Origin: a virus
IMG/VR virus record: IMGVR_UViG_3300032323_001070
Span: 1 to 64,000 of that record
DNA length: 64,000 nt
Strand: one strand, 5' to 3'
Below the pieces are notes generated by a model that worked only from the letters and a program-made list of their open reading frames with translations, made no database searches and was not told where the DNA came from. Below, piece after piece: positions 38,064 through 48,582 of this stretch. Numbering within the stretch: the first letter of the stretch is position 1; every line of letters begins with the position of its first letter. The position numbers and the translations under genes are program-made.

Positions 38064-38750
38064 ATGATCATAGGTATTTGCGGGTTTATTGGCAGCGGTA
38101 AAGATACAGTCGCTGACTATCTAGTTAATTTTCACGAATTTAGAAGAGAGAGTTTTGCGTCAACTCTTAAAGATGCAGTAGCGGCAGTGTTTGGCTGGGA
38201 CCGGATGCTGTTAGAAGGACGCACCAAAGAAGCCAGAGAGTGGCGAGAGCAAGTAGATCCTTGGTGGGCACAACGTCTAGACATGCCCACACTTACTCCT
38301 AGATGGGTCCTACAATATTGGGGTACAGAAGTCTGCCGTAAATCCTTCCATGACGATATCTGGATCGCTAGCTTAGAAAACAAACTCCGCAACTCCAAAG
38401 ACCATGTAGTAATCTCCGATTGTCGTTTCCCTAATGAAATAGCCAGCATTAAAAATGCAGGAGGCAAGATTATTTGGGTACAGCGAGGAGAACTACCCGA
38501 CTGGTACGAAATAGCTGTAGAATCTAACAAAGGTCATAATTGGGCATTTCAAGAACTTAAAATGCGTAAAATCCATGCATCAGAAACTGCCTGGGTCGGA
38601 ACCGACTTTGATTCGATAGTTGATAACAATGGAACTATTGAAGATCTTTACAATCAGGCAAAATTAATAATCAGCAACGAGGTCGCCCTGTCTCCAAGTA
38701 ATGCCCAGTTTAGACAGCACTCGAGCACAATTGTAACAGATTGTTTTTAA
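38064..38750 (+). CDS. gp1: Deoxynucleoside monophosphate kinase (T4 gp1-like)
   Basis: IIGICGFIGSGKDT P-loop, TPRWVLQYWGTE, ISDCRFPNE, HASE; SD GGAGG. Confidence 0.9.
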   Translation: MIIGICGFIGSGKDTVADYLVNFHEFRRESFASTLKDAVAAVFGWDRMLLEGRTKEAREWREQVDPWWAQRLDMPTLTPRWVLQYWGTEVCRKSFHDDIWIASLENKLRNSKDHVVISDCRFPNEIASIKNAGGKIIWVQRGELPDWYEIAVESNKGHNWAFQELKMRKIHASETAWVGTDFDSIVDNNGTIEDLYNQAKLIISNEVALSPSNAQFRQHSSTIVTDCF

Positions 38751-38999
38751 ATTGCTGTGACGGCAGTTATCTAAATTGCCGTCAATATGAAATACACTAA
38801 AAACTTCAGAGTGCGGTGATTTGAAACCGCACTTTTCGCACTGATTTTTTACTCGATATCCTGCACGTTTCCATCTTGGAATACCATGATGCAGTCCGTT
38901 AGTCATACAGATTTCACACAGGCTTCTATAATAAGTCTTTCCATTCTTTTTATAGTTAACGGCTCTAGGTCTTTCCCCGCATTTACATAGTGGTCTCAT
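38664..38999 (-). CDS. HNH-like zinc-binding protein
   Basis: CxC, CxxC, CEKCG, HIDGNLDN..SNL..IC.NC; TAAATA 5 nt before the ATG. Confidence 0.75.
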   Translation of the reverse strand: MRPLCKCGERPRAVNYKKNGKTYYRSLCEICMTNGLHHGIPRWKRAGYRVKNQCEKCGFKSPHSEVFSVFHIDGNLDNCRHSNLKTICYNCARVLSKLGITWRQGDLVADY

Positions 39000-39116
39000 A
39001 ACAGTATTTAAAAGATCTGGACCTTTTTGTCCCCTTTTTCTGCTAGTATAACAGGCCGTTTTTCCGATTTACCGCTAAATATTGTTACGAGAGATTTAAC
39101 CTCAGGAGAATACAAC

Positions 39117-42100
39117 ATGGCACTAGTTTCCCCAGGCATTCAGGTTACCGTAATTGATGAGAGTTTTTATACACCAGCTGAACCTGGTACAACTCCGTTA
39201 ATTGTTGTAGCTACAGCCGAGAACAAACTTAATGGAGCGGGAACCGCAACTGCGGCAGGTACTCTAAAAGCAAACGCAGGTAAAGCGTTTAGAATGACAA
39301 GTCAGAAAGATCTTGTTGATACATTTGGTGTACCTTTCTTTGAAAAGACACCTAGCGCATCACCAATTCACGGTGGCGAAAGAAACGAATATGGTACCTT
39401 AGCAGCATACAGCTACTTAGGTGTTTCTAACTCTGCATTTATTGTACGTGCAGACGTTGATCTAAATCAATTAGAAGGCAGAACCGCTGTACCAGGCGCA
39501 GAGCCAAGAGACGGAACTTGGTGGGTTGATACCCGTAACACAGCTTGGGGTATCCAAGAGTGGAACGGTGCAGCAGGTAGCACCACAGGCGGTCAAAAGT
39601 TCGCAGCTAAAACTCCTATCGTTTTAACTGATGACGATGCAGCTAAAATTGATCAAAATACATATGCACCTTTAGAATCAGTTGGTTCTGTTGGTGATTA
39701 TTGCGTAGTAGCACTAACTGTTGGTAACGCAGCAGATGCTGATTTTAGCTTGTTCAAAGAAAACTTTAAGATCTACTACAAGAGAGATAAAAAATTATTA
39801 GGCGGTGACGCTTGGGTTCTAGTTGGCAGCAACGACTGGAAAGCTAGTCATCCAACAGTGTCAAGCGGAACTGTTTCTAACCTAACAGCTGGACACAGTT
39901 TCACAATTAACGGAACAACTGTAGCAGTACCAAGCGGCTCAACTGTAGCTGCTAGACTAACAGCATTAGTTTCAACAATTAATGGTTTGTCTATCACAGG
40001 TATTACTGCAAGAGAAAACGGCGGAAGATTGTTCATATTCACCGACGGTGCTAACGATGGCGGATTCCCAGGTAGTCCACAAGGTGCCCCTGGCGATTCA
40101 TCTTTATCCAATGCTATCGTTATTGGTGCAGGAACAGGCACAGCAGTTGGAACTTCAACAGCAAACGCAGGTGATCTTGGCATTATCGTTGGAACCTACT
40201 ATGGTCCAGAATTAGCACAGGCACCGCACACACAAGTTCCATTGTTTAAGACTTTCGATCCAACTCCACGTCCTACAGGTTCTGTATGGATTAAGACAAC
40301 TGAGCCAAACAACGGCGCTCGTTGGAGAGTTAAGCGTTGGAACTCAGCAACACAAACATGGATTCCTTATTCATCACCATTATATGAAAGCGGACACGCA
40401 GCACTGTATTTCTTAGATCGCAGTGGCGGTGGTGTTAATATTCCAACAGACGAACTGTTTGCTCAATTCAATGCTGACGAAGAGTCTGGCTACGATACAA
40501 GCCCAGCTACAGCAGCATTTAGAGTGTGGAGACGTGCAAATACTGAAAGAACTATTATTAGATCTTCAGAAATCACAGTCGGAACATTTTCGTCTGGTTC
40601 GAAAACATTTACAATTTCTGAATCTGTAAAAGGCGAACTAGCATTGAGTTCACCATTTAGCGTTACATTTACCGCAGCAGGTACAGCAGCAGATGCACAA
40701 ACTATCGCAGCAGCGATCAACGCAGCAGGTTTCACACACGTTGAAGCTGATGTTGAAGTAATTTCTGCAACACCAGCAGTTTATCAACTAGTTGTTTACC
40801 ACAAGGTCGGCGGTGATTTTAGATTAAAAGACACATCCGGAACAACATTATCATCATTGTTCACAGGATTTAACATTGATTCTGGAGCAGGCACATTAAA
40901 TTGCTACACAGCTCCAGCAGCTAGCGGTGTTGATTTTATTGCTTCTAACTGGCAACCATTTGCATCAAGAGACTTCTTTGCACAAGCAGGCGCACCATTA
41001 GACGAACCATTTGATGGTCAACTATGGTACAACCCAAGCTTCAGCGAAGTTGATATCATGATCCACAACGGTACAACCTGGGTTGGCTACAGACAAGCAA
41101 CAAGCCCATACTGGGCAGGGGCAGATGCAGATCGTACAGATCCAAATGGTCCTATCGTAAGTGCTACACAACCAGAAACACAAAGCGATGGTACTGTTCT
41201 AAAGAATGGTGATCTATGGATCAGCACAGCTGACATTGAAAACTTCCCAACTATCTACAGATACAATGGTTTATCTCTAGAGTGGGATTTAATTGACAAG
41301 ACAGACCAAACTACTGAAGACGGTGTTCTATTTGCTGATGCACGTTTTGGTTCTTCAGGAGCAACAGGCCACGTAGCAGCTACCATCAAAGATCTACTAG
41401 CTTCTAACTATCTAGATCCAGACACTCCAGATCCTGCACTATATCCAAAAGGTATGATGCTGTGGAATCTACGTAGAAGTGGCGGCAACGTTAAGAAATA
41501 CAATAACAACTATATCAATACAGCAGAAGACAATCCACGTTTAGGTAATGTAAGTATGGCAGCATACTCAACTGATCGTTGGACCACAGCTTCTCCAAAC
41601 AACGAAGACGGTTCTGGCGCATTTGGTCGCAAGGCACAGCGTAAAGTTGTTGTAATGGCAATGAAGAGTGTTATTGATACCAGTGAAGAAATTCGTGATG
41701 AAGAGCGTAGAAACTTCAATATCATCGCTGCACCAGGATATCCTGAAGTGTTAAGCAACTTGATCAACTTAAACATTGATCGTGGCGTAACAGCGTTTGT
41801 TGTTGGCGACACACCATTGAGATTGAAGAACAACGCTACAGAACTAATCAACTGGGGTACTAACGCAAGACTAGTAACAGACAACGGCGACGACGGTATT
41901 GTTAGCTTTGACGAGTATTCAGCAGTTTACTATCCAAACGGATTTACAACTGACCTAGGCGGTGCTAACGCAGTTGTTCCAGCAAGTCACATGATGCTAA
42001 GAACAATCGCCCTAAGCGATCAAGTTAGCTATCCATGGTTTGCACCAGCAGGTACAAGACGTGGTGGTATTACTAATGCAACAGCAGTTGGCTTTATCGA

Positions 42101-42560
42101 TGCAGCAACTGGTGAATTCCAGACAGTGGCATTGAACGAAGGTACACGTGATGTTCTTTATGATCTAAAAGTTAATCCGATCCCATTCTTTGTTGGAGTT
42201 GGTCTAGTTGCATACGGTCAAAAGACTCGTGCAAGAAACGCAAGTGCGTTGGATAGAATTAACGTAGCTCGTTTGATTGTTTACTTACGTAGCCAATTGA
42301 ATAAGTTAGCTCGTCCATATGTGTTTGAACCAAACGACAAGATCACCAGAGACGAAATCAAAGGCGCTGTAGAGAGCTTATTACTAGAACTAGTAGGCCT
42401 AAGAGCACTTTATGACTTTGCTGTGGTTTGCGACGAATCTAACAACACACCAAGTAGAATTGACCGCAACGAATTGTGGGTAGATATTGCTATCGAACCT
42501 GTTAAGGCCGTTGAGTTTATCTACATTCCACTACGTGTCAAGAACACAGGAGAAATCTAA
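39117..42560 (+). CDS. gp18: Tail sheath protein (T4 gp18-like) with large internal insertion
   Basis: MALVSPGIQVTVIDES start after SD AGGAG; PWFAPAGTRRG, SALDRINVARL, FEPND, CDESNNTP..IDRNEL. Confidence 0.93.
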   Translation: MALVSPGIQVTVIDESFYTPAEPGTTPLIVVATAENKLNGAGTATAAGTLKANAGKAFRMTSQKDLVDTFGVPFFEKTPSASPIHGGERNEYGTLAAYSYLGVSNSAFIVRADVDLNQLEGRTAVPGAEPRDGTWWVDTRNTAWGIQEWNGAAGSTTGGQKFAAKTPIVLTDDDAAKIDQNTYAPLESVGSVGDYCVVALTVGNAADADFSLFKENFKIYYKRDKKLLGGDAWVLVGSNDWKASHPTVSSGTVSNLTAGHSFTINGTTVAVPSGSTVAARLTALVSTINGLSITGITARENGGRLFIFTDGANDGGFPGSPQGAPGDSSLSNAIVIGAGTGTAVGTSTANAGDLGIIVGTYYGPELAQAPHTQVPLFKTFDPTPRPTGSVWIKTTEPNNGARWRVKRWNSATQTWIPYSSPLYESGHAALYFLDRSGGGVNIPTDELFAQFNADEESGYDTSPATAAFRVWRRANTERTIIRSSEITVGTFSSGSKTFTISESVKGELALSSPFSVTFTAAGTAADAQTIAAAINAAGFTHVEADVEVISATPAVYQLVVYHKVGGDFRLKDTSGTTLSSLFTGFNIDSGAGTLNCYTAPAASGVDFIASNWQPFASRDFFAQAGAPLDEPFDGQLWYNPSFSEVDIMIHNGTTWVGYRQATSPYWAGADADRTDPNGPIVSATQPETQSDGTVLKNGDLWISTADIENFPTIYRYNGLSLEWDLIDKTDQTTEDGVLFADARFGSSGATGHVAATIKDLLASNYLDPDTPDPALYPKGMMLWNLRRSGGNVKKYNNNYINTAEDNPRLGNVSMAAYSTDRWTTASPNNEDGSGAFGRKAQRKVVVMAMKSVIDTSEEIRDEERRNFNIIAAPGYPEVLSNLINLNIDRGVTAFVVGDTPLRLKNNATELINWGTNARLVTDNGDDGIVSFDEYSAVYYPNGFTTDLGGANAVVPASHMMLRTIALSDQVSYPWFAPAGTRRGGITNATAVGFIDAATGEFQTVALNEGTRDVLYDLKVNPIPFFVGVGLVAYGQKTRARNASALDRINVARLIVYLRSQLNKLARPYVFEPNDKITRDEIKGAVESLLLELVGLRALYDFAVVCDESNNTPSRIDRNELWVDIAIEPVKAVEFIYIPLRVKNTGEI

Positions 42561-42562
42561 AA

Positions 42563-43192
42563 ATGGCAATTACATCATTAAATAACTACTCCGTACAGAC
42601 AGCAGGCCCTGGTAGTAACCAGAGCTTGTTGATGCCAAAGCTAAAGTATCGCTTTAGAGTGATTCTTTTAGGTTTCGGTGTTGAGCCAAGTACAGAGTTA
42701 ACAAAACAGGTCATGGATGTTACAAGACCTAAAGTTTCTTTCGAAGAAATGGACATCCCTGTGTACAACTCACGTGTTTACCTAGCTGGCAAATATAGCT
42801 GGGAAACAATGACATTGACACTACGTGATGACGCAAGCGGCCAAGTTACTAAGTTAGTTGGTCAACAGATCCAGAAACAATTCGACTTCATGGAACAGGC
42901 ATCTGCACGTTCAGGCGTTGACTACAAGTTTACGACTAAGATCGAAGTGTTAGACGGCGGTAACGGTGGCACAGGCGCTGCAAGTGTGTTAGAAACATTT
43001 GAGTGCTACGGTTGCTTCGTACAGAACGCAGACTACGGTGATTTGAACTACGGTACTAACGAACCAGCAACAGTAGCATTAACAATTAGATTTGATAATG
43101 CTATCCAATCAGCAGGTACTGTTGGTATTGGAACCATTGTTGGAAGAACCATTGGTTCAGCTATCACTGGTCAGGGCGCATTCAACGGCTAA
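42563..43192 (+). CDS. gp19: Tail tube protein (T4 gp19-like)
   Basis: Follows the sheath gene; PKLKYRFRV, YLAGK..W..TL.LRDD. Confidence 0.85.
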   Translation: MAITSLNNYSVQTAGPGSNQSLLMPKLKYRFRVILLGFGVEPSTELTKQVMDVTRPKVSFEEMDIPVYNSRVYLAGKYSWETMTLTLRDDASGQVTKLVGQQIQKQFDFMEQASARSGVDYKFTTKIEVLDGGNGGTGAASVLETFECYGCFVQNADYGDLNYGTNEPATVALTIRFDNAIQSAGTVGIGTIVGRTIGSAITGQGAFNG

Positions 43193-43211
43193 ACCATCCA
43201 GTAAATCAAAG

Positions 43212-43235
43212 AAACCCGCAGAAGCGGGTTTTTTT
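43212..43235 (+). terminator. Intrinsic terminator
   Basis: aaacccgc-agaa-gcgggttt followed by T-tract. Confidence 0.9.
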
Positions 43236-43252
43236 GTGGCATAAATATTATT

Positions 43253-44353
43253 ATGAATAAATTCGTGAGATATCTAACCCAAGGATTCGTCGGCGGCCTT
43301 CTAAATCCTAAAGGCAACATGGCTAACTGGCAACATGCCACGAGGCTATTTGTTGACGACAATTATAGATTAGCTCCTAGAACAAAGTTTATGTTCTATG
43401 CTCAATTTGAGCTAGATAGAACTGCGGTTAAATCAAACGTCTTTACAGAAAAACATTCAAATGAAATTGGTTTTTTGATCAAAGGAACTGATCTTCCTAA
43501 GTTTACTATTGACACAGTAACTAAAAATCAATACAACAGAAAAAAATTAGTTTATAAAAATATAACCTACGATCCGATCTCAATGACATTCCACGATGAC
43601 AATGCTGGAATCATTAACGCTTTGTGGGCGATATACTACGGATATTATTTCCAAGATCGTGCATTACCGGATGCTGCTTTTTCAGATACAAAATACAGAC
43701 CGCAATACGGACCATTAGATACATTTCGTTACGGTCTTGATAATGATAAGAGCGTTGATATTTTTAAAAGTATCAGTATCTATACACTAAGTAGAAAGCG
43801 TTTTAACGGATATACCCTGATTAATCCTAGAATACAAAACTGGGCACACGGATCCGTGGCCTATGGCGATAACGATGTTTTAGAAAGCACGATGACTGTT
43901 CAATACGAATCTGTAAGATACTCATCAGGAAACGTTAGTGTAAACAATCCTAAAGGTTTTGCTACTCTACACTATGATGTATCGCCTAGTCCTCTCAGTG
44001 TTGCTGGTGGCGGCGTTGCTAGACTTACTGGCACAGGCGGTGTCTTAGATGGTATCAGTCAGGTGTTTGGTGCAGTAGGTAGCGGTTCAGCTTTTGGTTC
44101 TGTAGGCGGATTTTTAGGCACAGCTATTGCTGCTGCTAACACTTATAATAATGCAGGACGTCTTTCTAAAGAAGGTCTTAAAGCTGAAGCGATTAACATT
44201 TTATCTAGCCCGTCGAATATCAGAGGGGCAGTTAATACAGTCAGTGGGGTTATAGGTTCAGCGTTTCCTTCAAACACCCAAGGTAGTGGCGGAACTACCG
44301 CTACTCAGAAAAATCTAACCAATAACAATCCTAGCGCAGGAACAACAATATGA
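43253..44353 (+). CDS. Tail-tube-like baseplate/tube initiator (gp54/gp48-like)
   Basis: DLPKF...TKNQYNRK...I.YDPI..TFHDD tube-fold pattern. Confidence 0.65.
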   Translation: MNKFVRYLTQGFVGGLLNPKGNMANWQHATRLFVDDNYRLAPRTKFMFYAQFELDRTAVKSNVFTEKHSNEIGFLIKGTDLPKFTIDTVTKNQYNRKKLVYKNITYDPISMTFHDDNAGIINALWAIYYGYYFQDRALPDAAFSDTKYRPQYGPLDTFRYGLDNDKSVDIFKSISIYTLSRKRFNGYTLINPRIQNWAHGSVAYGDNDVLESTMTVQYESVRYSSGNVSVNNPKGFATLHYDVSPSPLSVAGGGVARLTGTGGVLDGISQVFGAVGSGSAFGSVGGFLGTAIAAANTYNNAGRLSKEGLKAEAINILSSPSNIRGAVNTVSGVIGSAFPSNTQGSGGTTATQKNLTNNNPSAGTTI

Positions 44354-44721
44354 GTATTACTAATTTACCGGTTCAAGGAACCGAAGACAGCGCAGACGGA
44401 ACAAAACTATTCTTCAGTCAATACGGAAGACAACCTTTAGAATTTTCCGCCAACGAAGTTTCAGCCGCAGTAGGATTTTTTGAGTCAAACGGATTTGCAA
44501 AAGAAGCAGCCCAGGTCACAGCTTCTGTGATATTGACACAGGCCAAACTCGACGGAGTTCCGGTATTCAAACTGATCGATTCATTAAAAGTTCTTAACGG
44601 TCTACAGTTAAGTTCTTTGATAGGTGAAATATTAAACAACAATAGAAATCCTTCCTCTACTCTAGGATTTAAAACTAATAGTGTGTCAAAAAGCGATCAA
44701 GTAAGAAATATCGCTGCCTAA
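44350..44721 (+). CDS. Hypothetical protein
   Basis: 123 aa; ATGA-coupled to the upstream gene. Confidence 0.7.
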   Translation: MSITNLPVQGTEDSADGTKLFFSQYGRQPLEFSANEVSAAVGFFESNGFAKEAAQVTASVILTQAKLDGVPVFKLIDSLKVLNGLQLSSLIGEILNNNRNPSSTLGFKTNSVSKSDQVRNIAA

Positions 44722-44725
44722 CATC

Positions 44726-45166
44726 ATGGTCAAGTTTGCCCAAGGACGTTTTGAAATGAAAAACCCCAACAAGTATGTTGGGAAGAAAATGCCTTTAGCC
44801 CGCAGCAGTTGGGAATTTGTCTTTATGCGAATGCTAGACGAACATCAAGGTGTTGAAAAATGGGCTAGCGAAAGCATACAGATACCTTATAGAGATCCGT
44901 TAACTGGCAAGTACACAGTCTATGTTCCGGATTTTTTTATCGTCTACAATGATAAAACTGGTAAGAAACATGCAGAAGTTGTAGAAGTAAAACCACAAAG
45001 TCAAACTCTAAGAGAGCACGTAGGTAAAAGCGCCTATAATCAAGAACAATATATTAAAAATCTAGCAAAGTGGGAAGCTGCTACTGCATGGTGTAAGCAA
45101 CAGGGCATCAAATTTAGAGTGGTAAACGAAGGCGATATTTTCCATCAAGGCGGCAAACGTCGATAA
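44726..45166 (+). CDS. gp4: Head completion nuclease (T4 gp4-like, TnsA-type PD-(D/E)xK)
   Basis: KNP.KY.G, RSSWE..FM, WASE...IPY, Y.PDF, EVKP, N.AKWEAA. Confidence 0.9.
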   Translation: MVKFAQGRFEMKNPNKYVGKKMPLARSSWEFVFMRMLDEHQGVEKWASESIQIPYRDPLTGKYTVYVPDFFIVYNDKTGKKHAEVVEVKPQSQTLREHVGKSAYNQEQYIKNLAKWEAATAWCKQQGIKFRVVNEGDIFHQGGKRR

Positions 45167-45173
45167 GTACAAT

Positions 45174-45656
45174 ATGACCAAAAAATTAGAAGAACTTTTT
45201 AATCTTGAGGAATCTAATCCAAAGCCAGTGGAAACTGTCGAAGAGGAAAAGCCATCTCACCAAGAAGTAAAATCACTAGATGACAGCTATAAAGCAGTCG
45301 CTGAAATTACCAGAGGTCTTCCGCAGATCAAAGAGCTAGATGATCTAGACGAAAAAGAGCTAGATTCTCTAGCCAGTAAAGCAGAAGCTGCCTATGACGA
45401 TCTAATGGATCTAGGCATGAACGTAGAAGTACGTTATTCGGGACGTATTTTTGAAGTGGCTGCAAGCATGATGGGCAATGCTATCAATGCTAAAAACGCT
45501 AAAATCGAGAAGAAACTTAAAGCTATCGATCTACAATTGAAAAAATATAAAATCGATAAAGATAACAATGAAGATCCAAATGATGTGATTAACGGCCAGG
45601 GTTACATTATCACTGACCGTAACGAGCTCCTTAAGAAATTGGGTCAAAAGAGCTAA
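45174..45656 (+). CDS. Probable small terminase subunit (gp16-like)
   Basis: Helical; R.FEVA..M motif; two genes upstream of the large terminase. Confidence 0.55.
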   Translation: MTKKLEELFNLEESNPKPVETVEEEKPSHQEVKSLDDSYKAVAEITRGLPQIKELDDLDEKELDSLASKAEAAYDDLMDLGMNVEVRYSGRIFEVAASMMGNAINAKNAKIEKKLKAIDLQLKKYKIDKDNNEDPNDVINGQGYIITDRNELLKKLGQKS

Positions 45657-45664
45657 ATACTACT

Positions 45665-46216
45665 ATGAAAACTTTTAAAGAATATCTTACCGAAAGCAAA
45701 AAGACCTACCCGTTCCGTATCAAGGTAGCAGGCGAACTGCCTGAAGGTTTTGCTAAAAAAGTCAAAGAATATCTAGGATATTGCAGAGCTAATTTGATTG
45801 AAAAATCAAAAACTCCGATACAGGCACAACCTCTGGATTTTCCAGAATTAAGTAATATGGAAGTGCATGTGTTTGAAGTAGTATGCGAGTATCCAACTAC
45901 TGCTCCTCAGATACTTGAAAGAATTAAATGCCTAGTTCCTGAAAGTCATTTACGAGTAAGAAACGGCGGTGATCCAGGCGAAGCAGAACACGCAGGATTT
46001 AATCTAGAAGGTTCGGGTGAATCTATTCTAGAAGAGCCAGAGTATAATGATAAAGTCAAAGCCAAAGATTATTTCGGCGATGATTTTAATAAAGGTTTCT
46101 TAAAAGACCTTTCCAAGTCGTCTAAAGAACGCAAAAAGGAAGGCGTTAATACAGAATACAAATTACCAAAATCAAAAGAAGATAAAACTGGCGTTAAGAG
46201 CGCCATAGGGAGTTAA
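45665..46216 (+). CDS. Probable head-internal protein
   Basis: N-terminus MKTFKEYLTE-S resembles the T4 internal-protein capsid-targeting sequence. Confidence 0.6.
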   Translation: MKTFKEYLTESKKTYPFRIKVAGELPEGFAKKVKEYLGYCRANLIEKSKTPIQAQPLDFPELSNMEVHVFEVVCEYPTTAPQILERIKCLVPESHLRVRNGGDPGEAEHAGFNLEGSGESILEEPEYNDKVKAKDYFGDDFNKGFLKDLSKSSKERKKEGVNTEYKLPKSKEDKTGVKSAIGS

Positions 46217-46219
46217 TAA

Positions 46220-46927
46220 ATGGATTTCAATCAATTACTAGCAAGAATGCAGGAACTAGATCGTCCTGTGGCCGAGACAGTACCTGCTGCTGAGAATTGC
46301 GGCGGGCCAATGAGCATGCCACCGAGTCCATCTACTCCACCGGTTACACCACCAAGCATGAGTGTTAACTTAAATGCTCAAGGTATGGACAACATCGAAG
46401 ATTTACTAAAGTTAATTACTAAAGTTAATCCAGATATGGGCAAACCTGAATTACCACCTTTGCCTAGTTTAAGTATGCCACCTAGCATCACTTCAATCAA
46501 ACCTGCAATGCCACCATTGAAAATGTTACCCGACATGGACGGAGACAACGACGATAAGCCAGGTGGTGAAATGGATGCTGACTACAACGACGACGGCAAG
46601 TTAGATCGACATGAGAAAGATCATGCTGACGAAAAACCTTTATTAAAAACTCTAGATAAAGATAAAGATGGCGATCATGATATGGACGATCATGATCTAG
46701 AAAAGAAGAAAGAAGGGTTCCAGGACGCTACTACAGAACCTAATCCTGAATACCAAGACACTGACTATATGGTGAACAAATTGGCAGGCGGAATGAACGG
46801 TCCTAAAAAAATGTACAAACACAGCTATAAGCAAGGTGATAATCCAATGGCAATGGAAGGTGAAGAACTACGTGCTTGGGTTAAATCTGAACTAAAACAA
46901 CGGCTAGAAGAAGTCAAATCTAGGTAA
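46220..46927 (+). CDS. Pro/Met-rich, Asp-rich protein with EF-hand-like loops
   Basis: DYNDDGKLDRHE and DKDKDGDHDMDD motifs. Confidence 0.65.
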   Translation: MDFNQLLARMQELDRPVAETVPAAENCGGPMSMPPSPSTPPVTPPSMSVNLNAQGMDNIEDLLKLITKVNPDMGKPELPPLPSLSMPPSITSIKPAMPPLKMLPDMDGDNDDKPGGEMDADYNDDGKLDRHEKDHADEKPLLKTLDKDKDGDHDMDDHDLEKKKEGFQDATTEPNPEYQDTDYMVNKLAGGMNGPKKMYKHSYKQGDNPMAMEGEELRAWVKSELKQRLEEVKSR

Positions 46928-46942
46928 ATCAATTTAGCAATC

Positions 46943-46970
46943 AAATAGGCTCTACGGAGCCTATTTTTTT
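46943..46970 (+). terminator. Intrinsic terminator
   Basis: aaataggctc-tacg-gagcctattt followed by T-tract. Confidence 0.9.
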
Positions 46971-46984
46971 CAGTAAATACTCGT

Positions 46985-48571
46985 ATGGCAAAATCACTAG
47001 ACGGTAACCTAATCAAGAAGGCACACAAGCCTGAACGATACACATTAGAAGAAGTTAAGCATCTCGAAGCATGTATGGATCCAGTTACGGGTCCTTTATA
47101 TTTCTGCAAAAACTTTTTAAAGATTCAGCACCCTGTTCGCGGTGCTATTAAGTTTGAGCCTTATGAATATCAAGAACGACTAATAGATGCATATCACAAT
47201 AACAAACAATGTATTGCTATGCTACCCCGTCAGATGGGTAAAACGACCTGTGCCACAGGTTATCTATTATGGTACACGATGTTTGTACCAGAAGCACAGG
47301 TCCTGATCGCTGCTCACAAAATGGAAGGTGCACAGGATATCATGAATCGTTATCGATTCGGTTACGAAAACCTTCCAGACTTTATACGTGCTGGTGTATA
47401 TTCATATAACAGAAATACAATTGAATACGATAACGGAGCACGTATCCAAGCAGTGACAACTACGGAAAATACAGGTCGTGGTAAATCTCTTTCTCTAATT
47501 TATTGTGATGAGTTTGCATTCGTACAACCACCAGAGAAAGCCAAAGAGTTCTGGACTGCACTATCGCCAACATTGTCAACAGGCGGTAAGTGTATTATTA
47601 CATCAACACCAAACTCGGACGAAGACCAGTTCGCTTTGATATGGACTGAAGCTAATAAAAAGTTTGATGAATACGGCAACGAAAGCAAGTTAGGAACCAA
47701 CGGATTCTATAGCTACTTCGCACACTGGAGTGAACATCCAGATCGTGACGAAACATGGGCTAAGATTGAACGTGCAAAAATTGGTGAAGAACGTTTCCGC
47801 AGAGAATTCGATTGCGAATTCTTAATCTTCGACGAAACTCTAATCAACGCAGTAAAGTTAACAGAACTTGCAGGAATTGATCCAATAATGACTATGGGTC
47901 AAACTCGTTGGTACAAAGATATAGACCCTAAGGCTACATATCTAGTATCACTTGATCCTAGCCTAGGTACAGGTGGCGACTACGGTGCTATTCAAGTGTT
48001 CGAAATGCCCACTATGGAACAGGTCGCAGAATGGCGTCATAATCTAACACCTATTCAGCAGCAGGTTAAACACATGCGAGAAATACTGCGATACATTAAC
48101 GATCGTGGCCAGGAAAAAGGCGGAACTCCTCAGATATACTATTCAGTAGAAAATAACACCCTAGGTGAAGCTGCATTGATTGTTATCAGTGATATCGGCG
48201 AAGAAAACTTCCACGGACTGTTCTTAAGCGAACCTATACGTAAAGGGCATGTTCGTAAGTTCCGCAAAGGATTTAATACCACACACCGTACTAAGATCAC
48301 AGCCTGTAGTCAACTAAAAAACATGATCGAAACCCACAAAATGGTATTGAAATCAAAGCCCTTGATTTCTGAGCTCAAGACCTTTGTAGCGCACGGTGTA
48401 GGGTTTGGAGCTAAAACAGGCGAGCATGATGACCTAGTAAGTGCAACTCTATTGATCATACGTATGGCAGATGTTTTGGCAGATTGGGATCCTAAGATTT
48501 ACGAAAAAATGACGGAAAAAATCACGGAAGAACAAATGCCAATGCCAATATTCATTAGTACAGGTTTTTGA
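46985..48571 (+). CDS. gp17: Terminase large subunit (T4 gp17-like)
   Basis: PRQMGKTT Walker A, IYCDEFAF Walker B, TSTPN, RNase H DPSLGTGGD, HDDLV. Confidence 0.96.
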   Translation: MAKSLDGNLIKKAHKPERYTLEEVKHLEACMDPVTGPLYFCKNFLKIQHPVRGAIKFEPYEYQERLIDAYHNNKQCIAMLPRQMGKTTCATGYLLWYTMFVPEAQVLIAAHKMEGAQDIMNRYRFGYENLPDFIRAGVYSYNRNTIEYDNGARIQAVTTTENTGRGKSLSLIYCDEFAFVQPPEKAKEFWTALSPTLSTGGKCIITSTPNSDEDQFALIWTEANKKFDEYGNESKLGTNGFYSYFAHWSEHPDRDETWAKIERAKIGEERFRREFDCEFLIFDETLINAVKLTELAGIDPIMTMGQTRWYKDIDPKATYLVSLDPSLGTGGDYGAIQVFEMPTMEQVAEWRHNLTPIQQQVKHMREILRYINDRGQEKGGTPQIYYSVENNTLGEAALIVISDIGEENFHGLFLSEPIRKGHVRKFRKGFNTTHRTKITACSQLKNMIETHKMVLKSKPLISELKTFVAHGVGFGAKTGEHDDLVSATLLIIRMADVLADWDPKIYEKMTEKITEEQMPMPIFISTGF

Positions 48572-48582
48572 TAAATATAACT

